A DNA stretch of 32,000 nt from the NCBI RefSeq assembly GCF_000009605.1, contig NC_002528.1, positions 90,001 through 122,000 on the forward strand, written 5' to 3'. This document shows positions 1-10,486 of the stretch, piece by piece. A model generated the notes under the pieces. That model was not told where the DNA came from and did no database searches. It was given only the letters and a program-made list of their open reading frames with translations. The position numbers were made by a program, and so were the translations under genes. The DNA comes from Buchnera aphidicola str. APS (Acyrthosiphon pisum). GTDB lineage: Bacteria > Pseudomonadota > Gammaproteobacteria > Enterobacterales > Enterobacteriaceae. How positions within the stretch are numbered: the stretch's first letter is position 1; the number at the start of each line of letters is the position of its first letter.

Positions 1-1
1 T

Positions 2-817
2 GTAAAGATGTCTTTTTTTAATTTATTTAATAGATCCTTCATTAGTTTTGAAAGTAAATTATCTATTAATGCAAAATTAAAATTAATATTAGGAAAAATG
101 ATTTCTGATGGTGCAATTTTTTTAAAAGGCAATAATACGAAATTAGAAAAAAAAATTAATAAAAAAATTTTTATTCAAAATATAGATTTTTTTAAAATAT
201 CTATGAATTTAATAAAAAATGATTTTAAAAGTAAATGGATAATAAAAAAAAATAAAAAATTATCGAATAATAAAAATATTTTTGGGTATTTAAACATTAT
301 AGACATTTACAACAAAAAAAACATAAAAGGTGAATTTATCTTTTATAAATTTCCTTTTTCTTTTATAAATTTTTTTACTACAAATTTTAAAGAAGTTAGT
401 GGTAAGTTTCAAAGTAAAATAAAATTATTTGGAACTTTATATCAGCCTAAAGTTTTGGCCGATGTACATTTTAAAAATATTTTTATTAGAAGTAACAACA
501 TATTAAAGTATATAACTTTATTTTTTCCTTATTTTTTAGGAAAAGTAGATAATATAAAGATTAATCAAGAAATAATGATGAATAAAGGAAATATATTATT
601 TACATTAAAACCATTTTTCAAAAATAACTCTGCTGATATAGAATGGAATATTGCATTTAATAGCAAAAAAATATCAGTATTAATTTTTCCAAAAATAAAG
701 GTAAAATTTTCTTCGAAATTAAATTTGCATTATTTATTTTCAAAATATGACTTAATTGGATATATAAAATTTTCCTTATTTTACTTTCAAATTAACGAAA
801 AAAATTTTATTTTTTAA
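2..817 (+). CDS. 3' portion of a large, fast-evolving envelope protein gene, possibly tamB/ytfN (translocation and assembly module subunit B). The 5' end lies outside the window.
   Basis: The frame is open from base 2, with no stop before the ATG at 8 that the ORF track uses. The stop is at 815-817. The product is extremely K/N/I/F-rich and ends in aromatic residues (NFIF). The segment LFGTLYQPKVLADVHFKN resembles the repeated G-T-L-x-x-P-x-hydrophobic units of the TamB C-terminal region. Convergent placement next to ppa mirrors the E. coli tamB...ppa neighbourhood. No alignment was run, so the family assignment is tentative. Confidence 0.4.
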   Translation, partial: VKMSFFNLFNRSFISFESKLSINAKLKLILGKMISDGAIFLKGNNTKLEKKINKKIFIQNIDFFKISMNLIKNDFKSKWIIKKNKKLSNNKNIFGYLNIIDIYNKKNIKGEFIFYKFPFSFINFFTTNFKEVSGKFQSKIKLFGTLYQPKVLADVHFKNIFIRSNNILKYITLFFPYFLGKVDNIKINQEIMMNKGNILFTLKPFFKNNSADIEWNIAFNSKKISVLIFPKIKVKFSSKLNLHYLFSKYDLIGYIKFSLFYFQINEKNFIF

Positions 818-832
818 TGTTATCAAAAAATA

Positions 833-1381
833 TCACTTATTTAAAAAGATACTATTTTTTTTAGCACGGTTATATGCATCATTAATTTCTAATTTTGCAT
901 CTTGACAGTTTCCCCATCCAATAATTTCCACCCATTTTTCTTTTTCTAATGTTTTATAATTCTGAAAAAAATGAGTAATTTGCTTTTTTAACAATTCTGA
1001 TATATCTGATATATCATTTATGTTTTTATATTCTTGGCAAATTTTACTTTTGGGTACTGCTATTATTTTAGCATCATCACCTGATTCATCTTGCATATTT
1101 AATATCCCAATAGGTTTACAATGAATGACACAGCTAGACTTTATTGGGTAATGAGAAGGTACTAAAACATCTAAGGGATCACCATCTAAAGATAAAGTAT
1201 GATTAATATAACCATAGTTACAGGGATAGAACATTGGAGTAGGTATAAAACGATCGACAAAAAGCATTCCTGATTTTTTATCTACCTCATATTTAATAGG
1301 GGATGAATTTGATGAAATTTCTATAATAACATATATATCATTTGGTATATCATCACCAGCAACAATTTTATTTAAATTCAT
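833..1381 (-). CDS. ppa: Inorganic pyrophosphatase
   Basis: The 182 aa product is near-colinear with E. coli Ppa as recalled. Shared blocks include DIYVIIEI, PIKYEVDKKSGMLFVDRF, MFYPCNYGYINHTLSLDGDPLDVLV and DAKIIAVP. Confidence 0.97.
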   Translation of the reverse strand: MNLNKIVAGDDIPNDIYVIIEISSNSSPIKYEVDKKSGMLFVDRFIPTPMFYPCNYGYINHTLSLDGDPLDVLVPSHYPIKSSCVIHCKPIGILNMQDESGDDAKIIAVPKSKICQEYKNINDISDISELLKKQITHFFQNYKTLEKEKWVEIIGWGNCQDAKLEINDAYNRAKKNSIFLNK

Positions 1382-1574
1382 TTTTTTTCCTTATTAATAC
1401 TTTGTGATTATTTTATATAATTTTAAGATAAGTAGATGAGTTTATAGTTTTAAATAAATTTTAACATCGAAGAATAATTATATCTACGTTTTGTACAAAG
1501 TAATGTGTTTTAATTTTGAATGTTTTTTAATATAATATTTATATACAAAAAACATGTTGTAAGGATTTATATAT

Positions 1575-2915
1575 ATGCAATTAATTAAAGAAATAGAAAA
1601 CGAAGAATTACATCTTGTGAATACAGTAAAAAACACTCTTAAACTATCTAAAAATATTAATGCCTCTGTAGAAGTATTTATAAAAAAAACAATAGGTATT
1701 AGTGTTAATGTAAGAAATAATGTTGTTGAAAATGTAGAGTTTAATAGCGATGGTGGATTGTTTATAACAGTATATAATAAGTTCTCTAAAGGTAGTGTTT
1801 CATCTAAAGATTTTAGTATTAAGAACATTAAAAATATGTTAGACATAGCTATTAATATTTCAAAATATTCTTCTTCTGATTTTTTCTCAGGTTTGCCGGA
1901 CATAAAATTTTTATGCTTTCATTCTATGGAACTTGATTTGTTTCATCCGTGGGAATTTAACATAGAAAATGCCATTAAGATGTCTATATTATCAGAAAAA
2001 TCAGCTTTTGAATCTGATAAAAGGATTGTTAATAGTGAAGGAAGTTTTTTAAATAGTCATACAACTATAAATGTTTTTGGAAACAGTCTAGGTGTGTTAG
2101 AAAAATATAAATCTACTCGTTATTCTAATTATACTTGTATGATCGCTAAAGATAAAAATTCTATGCAAAGAGATTTTGATTATTCTCTTTCAAGAAGAAT
2201 TGATGATTTAATAAAACCAGAAATTTTAGGTCAAAAAACAGCTAAACGAGCTATATCTAGATTAGGTTCTCGAAAAATACAAACTATGAGATCTCCAATT
2301 ATTTTTTCATCAGAAATATCTCACATGTTTTTTTCACATCTTGCTAGTGCGATTAGCGGTGATAATGTTTATCAAAAATCTACATTTTTAATTAATGATC
2401 TGAAAATGAAAATCTTTCCCGATTGGCTTGATATTGAAGAAAATCCACATTTAAAACGAGGTTTGGGTAGTAAACCTTTTGATAATGAAGGTGTAGCTAC
2501 AGAAATTAAATATATTATTAAAGCTGGAATCTTACAAACTTGGTTATTAAATTGCTACAATGCTCGTAAACTTAAATTAGACAGTACAGGAAATTGTGGT
2601 GGAATTCACAATTGGTTAGTTTCGAATCAAAATATATCTTTTGAAGAACTTTTAAAAAAGATGGATCAAGGTATATTAGTAACAGAATTAATGGGACAAG
2701 GTGTAGATATTATAAATGGTAATTATTCACGTGGAGCAGTAGGTTTTTGGGTTGAAAAAGGAAAAATTTCTTATCCTATTAATGAAATTACTATATCTGG
2801 AAATTTAAGAAATATGTGGAATAATATCGTGAGTATTAGCAGTGATGTTGATAGACGTAATAATATTCAATGTGGTTCGGTATTATTATCTGAAATTCAG
2901 GTTTCTGGAAATTAA
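1575..2915 (+). CDS. pmbA: Metalloprotease PmbA/TldE
   Basis: The 446 aa product compares with about 450 aa in E. coli PmbA. Conserved blocks are [73 protein letters not shown] and NIQCGSVLL. Confidence 0.95.
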   Translation: MQLIKEIENEELHLVNTVKNTLKLSKNINASVEVFIKKTIGISVNVRNNVVENVEFNSDGGLFITVYNKFSKGSVSSKDFSIKNIKNMLDIAINISKYSSSDFFSGLPDIKFLCFHSMELDLFHPWEFNIENAIKMSILSEKSAFESDKRIVNSEGSFLNSHTTINVFGNSLGVLEKYKSTRYSNYTCMIAKDKNSMQRDFDYSLSRRIDDLIKPEILGQKTAKRAISRLGSRKIQTMRSPIIFSSEISHMFFSHLASAISGDNVYQKSTFLINDLKMKIFPDWLDIEENPHLKRGLGSKPFDNEGVATEIKYIIKAGILQTWLLNCYNARKLKLDSTGNCGGIHNWLVSNQNISFEELLKKMDQGILVTELMGQGVDIINGNYSRGAVGFWVEKGKISYPINEITISGNLRNMWNNIVSISSDVDRRNNIQCGSVLLSEIQVSGN

Positions 2916-2945
2916 CTTATATTGTTTAATTTTAAATAATGAACT

Positions 2946-2969
2946 AAAGGTAATAAATTTATTACCTTT
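2946..2969. terminator. Perfect 24-nt palindrome between the convergent pmbA and rnpB genes; possible bidirectional terminator
   Basis: The sequence aaaggtaataaa/tttattaccttt is perfectly self-complementary. It lies 31 nt after the pmbA stop and about 20 nt after the rnpB 3' end. The stem is AT-rich and the flanking U-tracts are weak. Confidence 0.35.
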
Positions 2970-2987
2970 ATAAAAATATTTCTAGTT

Positions 2988-3359
2988 ATTGAAGTTGACT
3001 CGTGTAAGCCGGGTTCTGTTTTAACAGTCATTCATCTAGATTAGCAATCACTTACTAATTCAAGCAGCCTACCCAGGTTTAAGAAGTACGAGCAGTACAA
3101 AAAATTTATCCTATATTTGGCTTTGCTCCGGGTGGAGTTTACCATGCCATGAATTGTTACCAATTATGCGGTGTGCTCTTACCACGCCTTTTCACCCTGG
3201 CCATATTTTTATATATTACAAAATAGGTGGTTTATTTTCTGTTGCACTAGTCATAAGCTCACGCTTTCCAGATGTTATCTGGCACCCTGCTCTATGGAGC
3301 CCGGACTTTCCTCTTTTTAATTTTTAAAAACTAAACAGCGACTGTTTTTAGTCAACTTC
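2988..3359 (-). ncRNA. rnpB: RNase P RNA (M1 RNA, bacterial type A)
   Basis: The reverse complement reads GAAGTTGACT...AGAGGAAAGTCCGGGCTCCATAGAGCAGGGTGCCAGATAAC...ACTAGTGCAACAGAAAATAAACCACC...GGTGAAAAGGCGTGGTAAGAGCACACCGC...GGTAAACTCCACCCGGAGCAAAGCCAAATA...CTGGGTAGGCTGCTTGA...CTAGATGAATGACTGTTAAAACAGAACCCGGCTTACACGAGTCAACTTC. These are the universally conserved blocks of E. coli M1 RNA, in the same order. The P1 stem pairs 3350-3359 with 2991-3000. The region is a clear GC island in AT-rich surroundings. The 3' end is approximate, within a few nt. Confidence 0.93.
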
Positions 3360-3367
3360 AAAATCAA

Positions 3368-3396
3368 ATTATACATTATTTTAATAATTTTGTCAC
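3368..3396 (-). promoter_or_regulatory. Sigma-70-type promoter for rnpB
   Basis: On the minus strand the sequence is GTGACA (3396-3391), a 17-nt spacer, then a perfect TATAAT (3373-3368). Eight nt later comes the G at 3359, which is the mature 5' end of RNase P RNA. In E. coli the M1 RNA 5' end is the primary transcription start. The -35 hexamer overlaps the rsmI stop codon (3393-3395). Confidence 0.55.
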
Positions 3397-4241
3397 TCTT
3401 CTTTTTTTATTACATATTGATATAATTTATTTTTATTAATATCATGTATTTGTGCAGTAATTAAAACTGATGTTTTTAATGAAAAAAACTTTCTTAATAT
3501 TGAAAATGTATCTAATATTTTTTTTGATAGAGTATAATTTTTTAATTTTTTAAAACCATCAATGATAATTACCATTTCTCCTTTATAACGATATTTATTT
3601 TCTTTAAGCCATTCAAGTATTAAACTTGCTTTTGCACCATAAATAGATTCCCATTTTTTTGTCATTTCTCTTGCTATTACTATATGTCGATTTTTATCTA
3701 TTTGTTCTATTATATCTTTTATACTTTCAAGTATCCTGTGTTTTGATTCATAAAAAATAATTGTTCGTGTTTCTTCTTTTAAAGAATGTAGTAAATCACA
3801 TCTTGATTTTTTTCTAGAAGGCAAAAAGCCTTCGTAGCAAAAACGATTATTTATTATTCCAGAAGCGCTTAATGCCGTGATAGCAGCACAAGCACCTGGA
3901 AGAGGAATTACTTTTATATCAAAAATATGACATTGTTTTATTAATATACAACCAGGATCATTAATAATCGGTGTGCCTGCATTAGAAACTAAAGCAATTT
4001 TTTTCCCTTTTTTCAGTTCTTGGATCAAATTATGACTTTGTTTTTTTTCATTATCTTTGTTCATTAATATTAAATTATTTTTAATATTAAAATGTTGAAG
4101 TAAAATATTAGTGTGTCTGATGTTTTCAGCGGCGATTATATCAACATCTTTTAACACTTCTAATGCTCTATAAGTAATATCTGATAGATTACCGATAGGA
4201 GTAGGTACAATATAAAGAATACCAATATAAAATTCATTCAT
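3393..4241 (-). CDS. rsmI: 16S rRNA (cytidine1402-2'-O)-methyltransferase RsmI (YraL)
   Basis: The 282 aa product has the N-terminal LYIVPTPIGNLSDITYRALEVLKDVDIIAAENIRHTNILLQHF, matching the RsmI signature LY.V.TPIGNL.DIT.RAL..L...D.IAAEDTRHT..LL.HF. It has the tetrapyrrole-methylase-like fold length. Confidence 0.93.
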   Translation of the reverse strand: MNEFYIGILYIVPTPIGNLSDITYRALEVLKDVDIIAAENIRHTNILLQHFNIKNNLILMNKDNEKKQSHNLIQELKKGKKIALVSNAGTPIINDPGCILIKQCHIFDIKVIPLPGACAAITALSASGIINNRFCYEGFLPSRKKSRCDLLHSLKEETRTIIFYESKHRILESIKDIIEQIDKNRHIVIAREMTKKWESIYGAKASLILEWLKENKYRYKGEMVIIIDGFKKLKNYTLSKKILDTFSILRKFFSLKTSVLITAQIHDINKNKLYQYVIKKEE

Positions 4242-4379
4242 TTTTTTTCCATAAAATATTATTATATATGTGATAATAGTTAAGATTAATCAAACATTTT
4301 ATTTAAATATAAAATTTTTTTATTTTTTTATTCTAATTTTAATTGAATATATAAGTTTTTGTAAATGTAAGGACAAAAA

Positions 4380-5600
4380 GTGAGACGAGTAGTTATAACA
4401 GGCATTGGGATTGTTTCTAGCATTGGTAATAATAAAAAAGAAGTACTAGCTTCTTTATATAAAGGTGTTTCTGGTATTGTTTCTTCAGAAGAAATGAAAA
4501 AATTAGGCATGCGTAGTGCAGTTTGGGGTAATATTAAATTAGAAAGTATAAACATAATAACACAAAAATTATCTCGCTTTATGAATAATGCTTCTAGATA
4601 TTCTTTTGTTGCTATGATGGAAGCTATTAAAGATGCTAAGATAGATAGAGAATATTATCAAAAAAATCCTCGTGTTGGACTAATTTCTGGATCAGGATGT
4701 AGTTTTTCAAAAAATACTTTAACATCTGATATTCATCTCATGAAAAATAAACATATTTCAAAAGGCATCAGTCCGTATCTTGCAGTTAAAACGATGCCTT
4801 CTGGAATATCAGCTTGCTTATCTACTCTGTTTAAAATTTATGGGGTCACTTATTCTATAAGTTCCGCTTGCGCAACCTCTGCACATTGTATCGGAAACGC
4901 ATTTGAATTAATTCAATTCGGTAGGCAAGATCTTATTTTTGCAGGTGGAGGAGAGGAAATAAGTTTAGAACTAGCAATGCAATTTGATGCAATGAGAGCT
5001 TTGTCTACGTGTTTTAATAATGACCCCAAAAAAGCATCACGTGTCTATGATGTATATCGTGATGGTTTTGTTATTTCAGGTGGAGCAGGTATGCTAGTAA
5101 TTGAGGAATTGAATTCAGCTTTATCTCGTTCTGCTTATATTTATGCAGAAATTATTGGATATGCAGCCACATCTGATGGTTCAAATATAGTTGTACCTTC
5201 AGGAGATGGAGCAATTCGTTGTATGAATTTAGCTAGAAAAGGTAAAAATATTCCTATTGATTATCTTAATGTACATGGTACTGGAACAAAAATTGGTGAT
5301 TTAATAGAATTAGAAGCAATTAGAAAAGTATTCTTAAATGAAAAAAAACCAATGATTTCTGCAACAAAGTCAATGACTGGCCATGGATTAGGAGCTTCAG
5401 GAGTACATGAAATGATTTATACACTATTAATGTTAAAATATAATTTTATAGCTCCTACAATCAATATAGAAAATTTAGAACCTTGTGCGGAAAATATGAA
5501 TATTATTCAAAAAACTACAAATATAGAAATTAATACAGCTATGTCTAATAGTTTTGGTTTCGGTGGAACTAACGTGTCACTAATAGTAAAAAAATATTAA
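4380..5600 (+). CDS. fabB: 3-oxoacyl-ACP synthase I (KAS I)
   Basis: The 406 aa product is the same length as E. coli FabB and colinear with it. Shared blocks are RVVITGIGIVSSIGNN, the active-site block YSISSACATSAHCIGNA, the HGTGT and TGH..GA.G histidine motifs, and SNSFGFGGTN. The start is GTG at 4380, preceded by AAGGA (4369-4373) with a 6-nt spacing. Confidence 0.96.
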   Translation: MRRVVITGIGIVSSIGNNKKEVLASLYKGVSGIVSSEEMKKLGMRSAVWGNIKLESINIITQKLSRFMNNASRYSFVAMMEAIKDAKIDREYYQKNPRVGLISGSGCSFSKNTLTSDIHLMKNKHISKGISPYLAVKTMPSGISACLSTLFKIYGVTYSISSACATSAHCIGNAFELIQFGRQDLIFAGGGEEISLELAMQFDAMRALSTCFNNDPKKASRVYDVYRDGFVISGGAGMLVIEELNSALSRSAYIYAEIIGYAATSDGSNIVVPSGDGAIRCMNLARKGKNIPIDYLNVHGTGTKIGDLIELEAIRKVFLNEKKPMISATKSMTGHGLGASGVHEMIYTLLMLKYNFIAPTINIENLEPCAENMNIIQKTTNIEINTAMSNSFGFGGTNVSLIVKKY

Positions 5601-5685
5601 TATACTATCAATAATTGAAATATTTTTTAAAAATCTTTTTCTATTTAAAAAACATATTTTTTATATATCTGACTAGTATTTTTTA

Positions 5686-5728
5686 AAAAAATCATTTTAA
5701 TATTTTTTTGATATTAAAATGATTTTTT
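5686..5728 (+). terminator. Perfect 18-bp inverted repeat with a 7-nt loop downstream of fabB; putative intrinsic terminator
   Basis: aaaaaatcattttaatat (5686-5703) pairs perfectly with atattaaaatgatttttt (5711-5728), with loop ttttttg. The 3' arm ends in a T6 run. It starts 86 nt after the fabB stop and lies upstream of talA. The stem is almost all A-T (one G-C pair), so its stability is uncertain. Confidence 0.4.
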
Positions 5729-5839
5729 ATTCTTAATATATATTATTCAGTTTATATAAAATAAAAAATATATTTATGAAATCTAATTTATTTATTTTTT
5801 GATTTAAATTTTTTTATTGAAAAACAAGAGAGATTAAAT

Positions 5840-6790
5840 ATGAATCAATTGAGTGCTTTGAAACAATTTTCTATTATTGTTGCAGATACTAGTGATATAA
5901 AATCTATTTGTAAATACCAACCAGAAGATGCCACTACCAACCCATCTTTAATACTACAAGCAGTAAGTTCTAATACTAATCAAAATTTTGTAGATCAAGC
6001 TGTGCAATATGCAAAAAAGAAAGGAGGGCTATATAAAGATCAGATCATCAATGCAAGTGATAAAATATTAGTAGATTTAGGAATAGAAATTCTAAAAAAA
6101 ATACCAGGTTATATTTCAAGCGAAGTAGATGCTCGTTTATCTTTTAGTACAGAGGCGTCTATTTTAAAAGCAAAAAAAATAATTGATTTATATGAAGAAC
6201 AAGGGATTTCTAGGAATAGAGTCTTAATTAAATTAGCTGCTACATGGGAATGTATAAAGGCTGCAGAAGAACTTAAAAAAGATAGTATTCTTTGTAATTT
6301 AACTCTTTTATTTTCCTTTGCTCAAGCGCGTGCTTGCGCGGAATCAAATGTGTTTTTAATATCTCCTTTTGTCGGACGTATTTATGATTGGTATATTTCA
6401 CAAAATTTACTATCTAAATCTTTTTTAGGAAAAGATCCTGGTGTAATATCTGTTTGTAAAATATATGAATATTATAAAAAGTATGGCTATAAAACGATTA
6501 TCATGGGGGCTAGCTTCCGTAACATTCAACAAATATTATATTTATCTGGATGTGATCGGTTAACTATTTCACCTGTTTTATTAAAAGAACTCGAATCTAA
6601 TACTGCAAAAATTGATAGAAATCTTGCTCCTCCTAGTTTTATTTCAGTCCCTCCAGTAGCACTTTCTGAAGAAGAGTTTCGATGGGAACATAATCAAGAT
6701 GCTATGGCGGTTCAAAAATTATCTGACGGCATACGAAATTTTGGAAAAGATCAATTACGTTTAGAGAAAATATTTTCTAAAAAAATATAA
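5840..6790 (+). CDS. talA: Transaldolase
   Basis: The 316 aa product is the same length as E. coli TalA. Shared blocks are [44 protein letters not shown], the Schiff-base lysine context, [14 protein letters not shown], and [13 protein letters not shown]. Pairing with the downstream tkt gene reproduces the E. coli talA-tktB arrangement. Confidence 0.95.
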   Translation: MNQLSALKQFSIIVADTSDIKSICKYQPEDATTNPSLILQAVSSNTNQNFVDQAVQYAKKKGGLYKDQIINASDKILVDLGIEILKKIPGYISSEVDARLSFSTEASILKAKKIIDLYEEQGISRNRVLIKLAATWECIKAAEELKKDSILCNLTLLFSFAQARACAESNVFLISPFVGRIYDWYISQNLLSKSFLGKDPGVISVCKIYEYYKKYGYKTIIMGASFRNIQQILYLSGCDRLTISPVLLKELESNTAKIDRNLAPPSFISVPPVALSEEEFRWEHNQDAMAVQKLSDGIRNFGKDQLRLEKIFSKKI

Positions 6791-6844
6791 ATAATATAAA
6801 AAAATAAAGTTTGACTAATATTTTTAAATTGATAAGGAAAATCT

Positions 6845-8842
6845 ATGTATTCACGAAAAGAATTAGCTAATGCAATTCGTATGTTAAGTATAGATGCTGT
6901 ACAAAATGCACAATCAGGACATCCTGGTATGCCGATGGGAATGGCAGATATTGCTGAAGTGTTATGGAGAAGTTTTTTAAAACATAATCCAGCAAATCCT
7001 AATTGGAATGATCGCGATCGTTTTATATTATCTAACGGACATGGTTCTATGTTGCTCTATAGTTTGTTGCATCTTACAGGCTATAATCTACCGATCGAAG
7101 AATTAAAAAAATTTAGACAACTGAATTCAAAAACTCCAGGACATCCTGAAACAGGTGAAACACCTGGTGTAGAAACAACTACTGGTCCATTGGGACAAGG
7201 GTTAGCAAATGCTGTTGGTATGGCTATTGCAGAAAGAACTTTAAGTTCTTATTTTAATCGACCAGGATATGATATAATTAATCATTATACTTGGGTTTTT
7301 GTAGGCGACGGTTGCTTAATGGAGGGTATTTCTCACGAAGTCTGTTCTTTAGCAGGAACTTTAAATCTTGGAAAATTAATCGTTTTTTATGATAAAAATG
7401 GTATTTCGATAGATGGGAAAACAGCTCACTGGTTCACCGATGATACAGCAAAACGTTTTGAATCTTATAATTGGCATGTATTAGATAATATAGATGGTCA
7501 TGATTCAGAATCTATAGAAAGAAGTATAAAACAAGCAAAATTAATAACAAATCAACCTTCTATTATTATTTGCAATACTATTATTGGTTTTGGTTCTCCT
7601 AATAAATCAGGAACAGCAGAATCACATGGAGCTCCTCTAGGTGAGGTTGAAATTTCTTTAATTCGAGAACAATTGAAATGGAATTATCCTCCTTTTCAGA
7701 TACCTAAAGAAATTTATAAAAAATGGAATTTTATAGAAGAAGGATCTAAACTTGAAAAGAAATGGAACGAAAAATTTTCTTTATATCAATCCAAATATCC
7801 TGATTTATCGACTGAATATTTGCGGCGAATAAATAAAAAATTACCTGTTGAGTGGGATAGAGTAACTAATAATTACATTTCTTTTTTACAAAAAAATAGA
7901 CAAAGTATTGCTAGTCGTAAAGCTTCTCAAAATACATTAGAAAAATATGCGATGATTTTACCTGAGTTAATCGGTGGTTCAGCAGATTTATCACCGAGCA
8001 ATCTCACTATGTGGTCTAGATGTAATTCCATTAAAGATAATTTATCTGGAAACTATATTCATTATGGAGTACGTGAATTTGGAATGACCGCTATTGCAAA
8101 TGGCATATCTCATCATGGAGGTTTTATACCTTATACTGCTACATTTTTAATGTTTGTCGAATATGCACGAAATGCAGTTCGTATGGCTGCTTTAATGTGT
8201 ACCAAACATATTTTTGTGTATACTCACGATTCTATTGGACTGGGTGAAGATGGTCCTACACATCAACCAGTAGAACAATTATCTAGTTTGAGAATAACTC
8301 CTAATATAGATGTATGGAGACCTAGTGACCAAGTAGAAACAGCTGTTGCTTGGAAAAAAGCTATTGAAAAAACATCAGGACCTACAGCATTAATTTTATC
8401 ACGTCAAAATCTTGATCAATTTGAGAGAAGTTCTGAACAATTAGAAAACATTTCTTATGGAGCATATATATTATATGATTCAAAAAAAAGACTTGATATT
8501 ATCTTTATATCAACTGGATCAGAATTAAATGTTACTTTAATTGCTGCAAAAAAATTGGCTTCTTTAGGGTATTCTGTACGTGTTGTATCTATGCCCTGTA
8601 CTAGTGTTTTTGATAGACAAGATGCTTCTTATAAAGAATTTGTATTACCGACTTATGTTGCTAAAAGGGTTGCTGTTGAAGCTAGTATAGAAGATTTTTG
8701 GTATAAATACGTAGGGATAAATGGTGTAATTATTGGAATGAAAACATTTGGTGAATCTGCTCCAGCAGAAGATTTATTTAAAAAATTTGGTTTTACTGTA
8801 CAAAATATCTTCAATAAATCATTAATTTTATTAAAATCTTAA
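6845..8842 (+). CDS. tktB: Transketolase
   Basis: The 665 aa product carries the N-terminal [14 protein letters not shown], the thiamine-diphosphate motif region [12 protein letters not shown], and [19 protein letters not shown]. It is colinear with E. coli TktA/TktB (663-667 aa). Confidence 0.97.
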   Translation: MYSRKELANAIRMLSIDAVQNAQSGHPGMPMGMADIAEVLWRSFLKHNPANPNWNDRDRFILSNGHGSMLLYSLLHLTGYNLPIEELKKFRQLNSKTPGHPETGETPGVETTTGPLGQGLANAVGMAIAERTLSSYFNRPGYDIINHYTWVFVGDGCLMEGISHEVCSLAGTLNLGKLIVFYDKNGISIDGKTAHWFTDDTAKRFESYNWHVLDNIDGHDSESIERSIKQAKLITNQPSIIICNTIIGFGSPNKSGTAESHGAPLGEVEISLIREQLKWNYPPFQIPKEIYKKWNFIEEGSKLEKKWNEKFSLYQSKYPDLSTEYLRRINKKLPVEWDRVTNNYISFLQKNRQSIASRKASQNTLEKYAMILPELIGGSADLSPSNLTMWSRCNSIKDNLSGNYIHYGVREFGMTAIANGISHHGGFIPYTATFLMFVEYARNAVRMAALMCTKHIFVYTHDSIGLGEDGPTHQPVEQLSSLRITPNIDVWRPSDQVETAVAWKKAIEKTSGPTALILSRQNLDQFERSSEQLENISYGAYILYDSKKRLDIIFISTGSELNVTLIAAKKLASLGYSVRVVSMPCTSVFDRQDASYKEFVLPTYVAKRVAVEASIEDFWYKYVGINGVIIGMKTFGESAPAEDLFKKFGFTVQNIFNKSLILLKS

Positions 8843-8866
8843 TTTATTTAAAAATTTTAAATATTT

Positions 8867-8896
8867 ATGGGGCTCAATTATAGCCCCATCTTTTAT
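8867..8896 (+). terminator. Rho-independent terminator after tktB
   Basis: The stem atggggct (8867-8874) pairs with agccccat (8882-8889) around a 7-nt loop and is followed by cttttat. This is the most GC-rich hairpin seen in any intergenic spacer here. It lies 25 nt after the tkt stop. Confidence 0.7.
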
Positions 8897-8946
8897 GAAA
8901 AATAAAAATAATATTTATCAATAGAAATATTAAATTAGGAAAAAAT

Positions 8947-10074
8947 ATGACTTGTTCTATTACTGAATTAGCAAAAAAACTAATTTCTATTCCTTCTGTT
9001 AGTCCAAAAGATTTAGGTTGTCAAGATATTATAATAAAACGTTTATGTGCAATAGGATTTGACATTAAAAGAGTAAATGTTAATGATACAAAAAATTTTT
9101 GGGCTTTTAGAGGTACAGGTAAAACATTAACATTTGCAGGACATACAGATGTAGTTCCAATAGGTCAAGATAAAGATTGGCAAACTGATCCTTTTCAACC
9201 AGTCATACGAAGTGGATATTTATTTGGCAGAGGTTCTGCTGATATGAAGGGTGCTTTAGCAGCAATGATTACTGCGGCTGAAAGATTTGTAAATAAGTTT
9301 CCAAATCATAAAGGACGTTTGTCTTTTCTTATTACTTCAGACGAAGAGTCTAGTGCAGTTGATGGAACAATTAAAATAGTAGAATATTTAATGTCTAAAA
9401 GGGATATGATTGATTATTGTATAGTAGGAGAACCCTCTAGTACTAATATAGTGGGTGATGTTATAAAAAATGGTCGACGTGGTTCAATTACAGCTAATAT
9501 AACTATTTATGGAATACAGGGGCATATTGCATATCCTGATTTAGCAGATAATCCAATACATAAAGGGTTACCTGTTATTTTAAAAATATTGTCTATAAAA
9601 TTAGATTCTGGAAATGACTTTTTTTTACCTAGCAGCATAAATATTGCAAATATTCATGCAGGAAATGGATTTAATAATGTGATTCCAGGATCTCTATTTG
9701 TTCAATTTAATATTAGATTTAGTTCCGAAGTTTCTGAAAAACACATTCAATCTCAAATAGTAAATATATTAAATTCAAATGATATTAATTATTCTATAGA
9801 ATGGTTATTTTCAGGAAAACCATTTATCACTAAAAAAGGTTTATTGATAGACACAGTGATACAATCTATTTTTTATTTTAACAAAAAAAAGCCTATTTTA
9901 TCTACTTCTGGTGGCACTTCTGACGGTCGATTTATTGCTTTAATGGGTTCTGAAGTAGTAGAGTTAGGATTAGTCAATAATACAATTCATAAAGTTAATG
10001 AATGTGTCAAAATATCTGATTTAAAATTATTAAGCTGTATGTATGAAGATATTATGAAAAATTTATTATCTTAA
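8947..10074 (+). CDS. dapE: Succinyl-diaminopimelate desuccinylase
   Basis: The 375 aa product is the same length as E. coli DapE. Shared blocks are [48 protein letters not shown] and [10 protein letters not shown]. Confidence 0.96.
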   Translation: MTCSITELAKKLISIPSVSPKDLGCQDIIIKRLCAIGFDIKRVNVNDTKNFWAFRGTGKTLTFAGHTDVVPIGQDKDWQTDPFQPVIRSGYLFGRGSADMKGALAAMITAAERFVNKFPNHKGRLSFLITSDEESSAVDGTIKIVEYLMSKRDMIDYCIVGEPSSTNIVGDVIKNGRRGSITANITIYGIQGHIAYPDLADNPIHKGLPVILKILSIKLDSGNDFFLPSSINIANIHAGNGFNNVIPGSLFVQFNIRFSSEVSEKHIQSQIVNILNSNDINYSIEWLFSGKPFITKKGLLIDTVIQSIFYFNKKKPILSTSGGTSDGRFIALMGSEVVELGLVNNTIHKVNECVKISDLKLLSCMYEDIMKNLLS

Positions 10075-10231
10075 TTTTTCAACAAAAATATTTATAAAAA
10101 AACATTTTTTATATTTTTTATAAATGATGCAGAATATCATAGAGATAGTCTGCACCAATTATTACGCATGAATATTTAGTATAAAAAATATTTTCTTAAA
10201 TATTATTATTATTTTTAATATATTATATATT

Positions 10232-10486
10232 TTATACCGGTGGAAATATATCATAATTTTCTTTTTTGAGATCTTTATCTTGATAGGGAATGCTATATTC
10301 TTCTTTTTTTTTAGGGCTGCTAATTCCTTTCGGAATAATCAATCTACGAAATTGTTTTTTTATTTTATCAAAACGATAATTTTCTTTAGAATCATTTAAT
10401 GTACAAGATGTTATTAAAAATATATTTAATATTTGAGATATTATTATAATTTTGAAAAATTTTCTATGATATTTTGAGATTAGCAT
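10232..10486 (-). CDS. bamC: Small lipoprotein, probably a drastically shortened BamC/NlpB. The N-terminal BamD-binding segment is retained and the two helix-grip domains are absent.
   Basis: I prefer the ATG at 10486 (84 aa); the ORF track's TTG at 10504 gives 90 aa. The signal peptide is [24 protein letters not shown], with lipobox I-T-S-C. The gene sits immediately downstream of dapA and overlaps its 3' end by 23 nt, the same position as bamC in the E. coli dapA-bamC unit. The mature 57 aa align by eye with the E. coli BamC N-terminus as recalled: IIP with ILP, EYSIP with DYAIP, and YDIFPP with LDIRPP, with 11 versus 12 residues between the last two blocks. Confidence 0.5.
   Translation of the reverse strand: MLISKYHRKFFKIIIISQILNIFLITSCTLNDSKENYRFDKIKKQFRRLIIPKGISSPKKKEEYSIPYQDKDLKKENYDIFPPV

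Noticed and set aside
1484-1903. 139-aa minus-strand ORF
   Set aside because: It overlaps the 5' third of the well-supported pmbA gene on the opposite strand and runs into the ppa-pmbA promoter spacer. It is a low-complexity L/I/F/S product with no recognisable motifs, a typical antisense shadow ORF in AT-rich DNA.
4328-4555. 75-aa minus-strand ORF
   Set aside because: It is antisense to the fabB 5' end, with no motifs. fabB is unambiguous.
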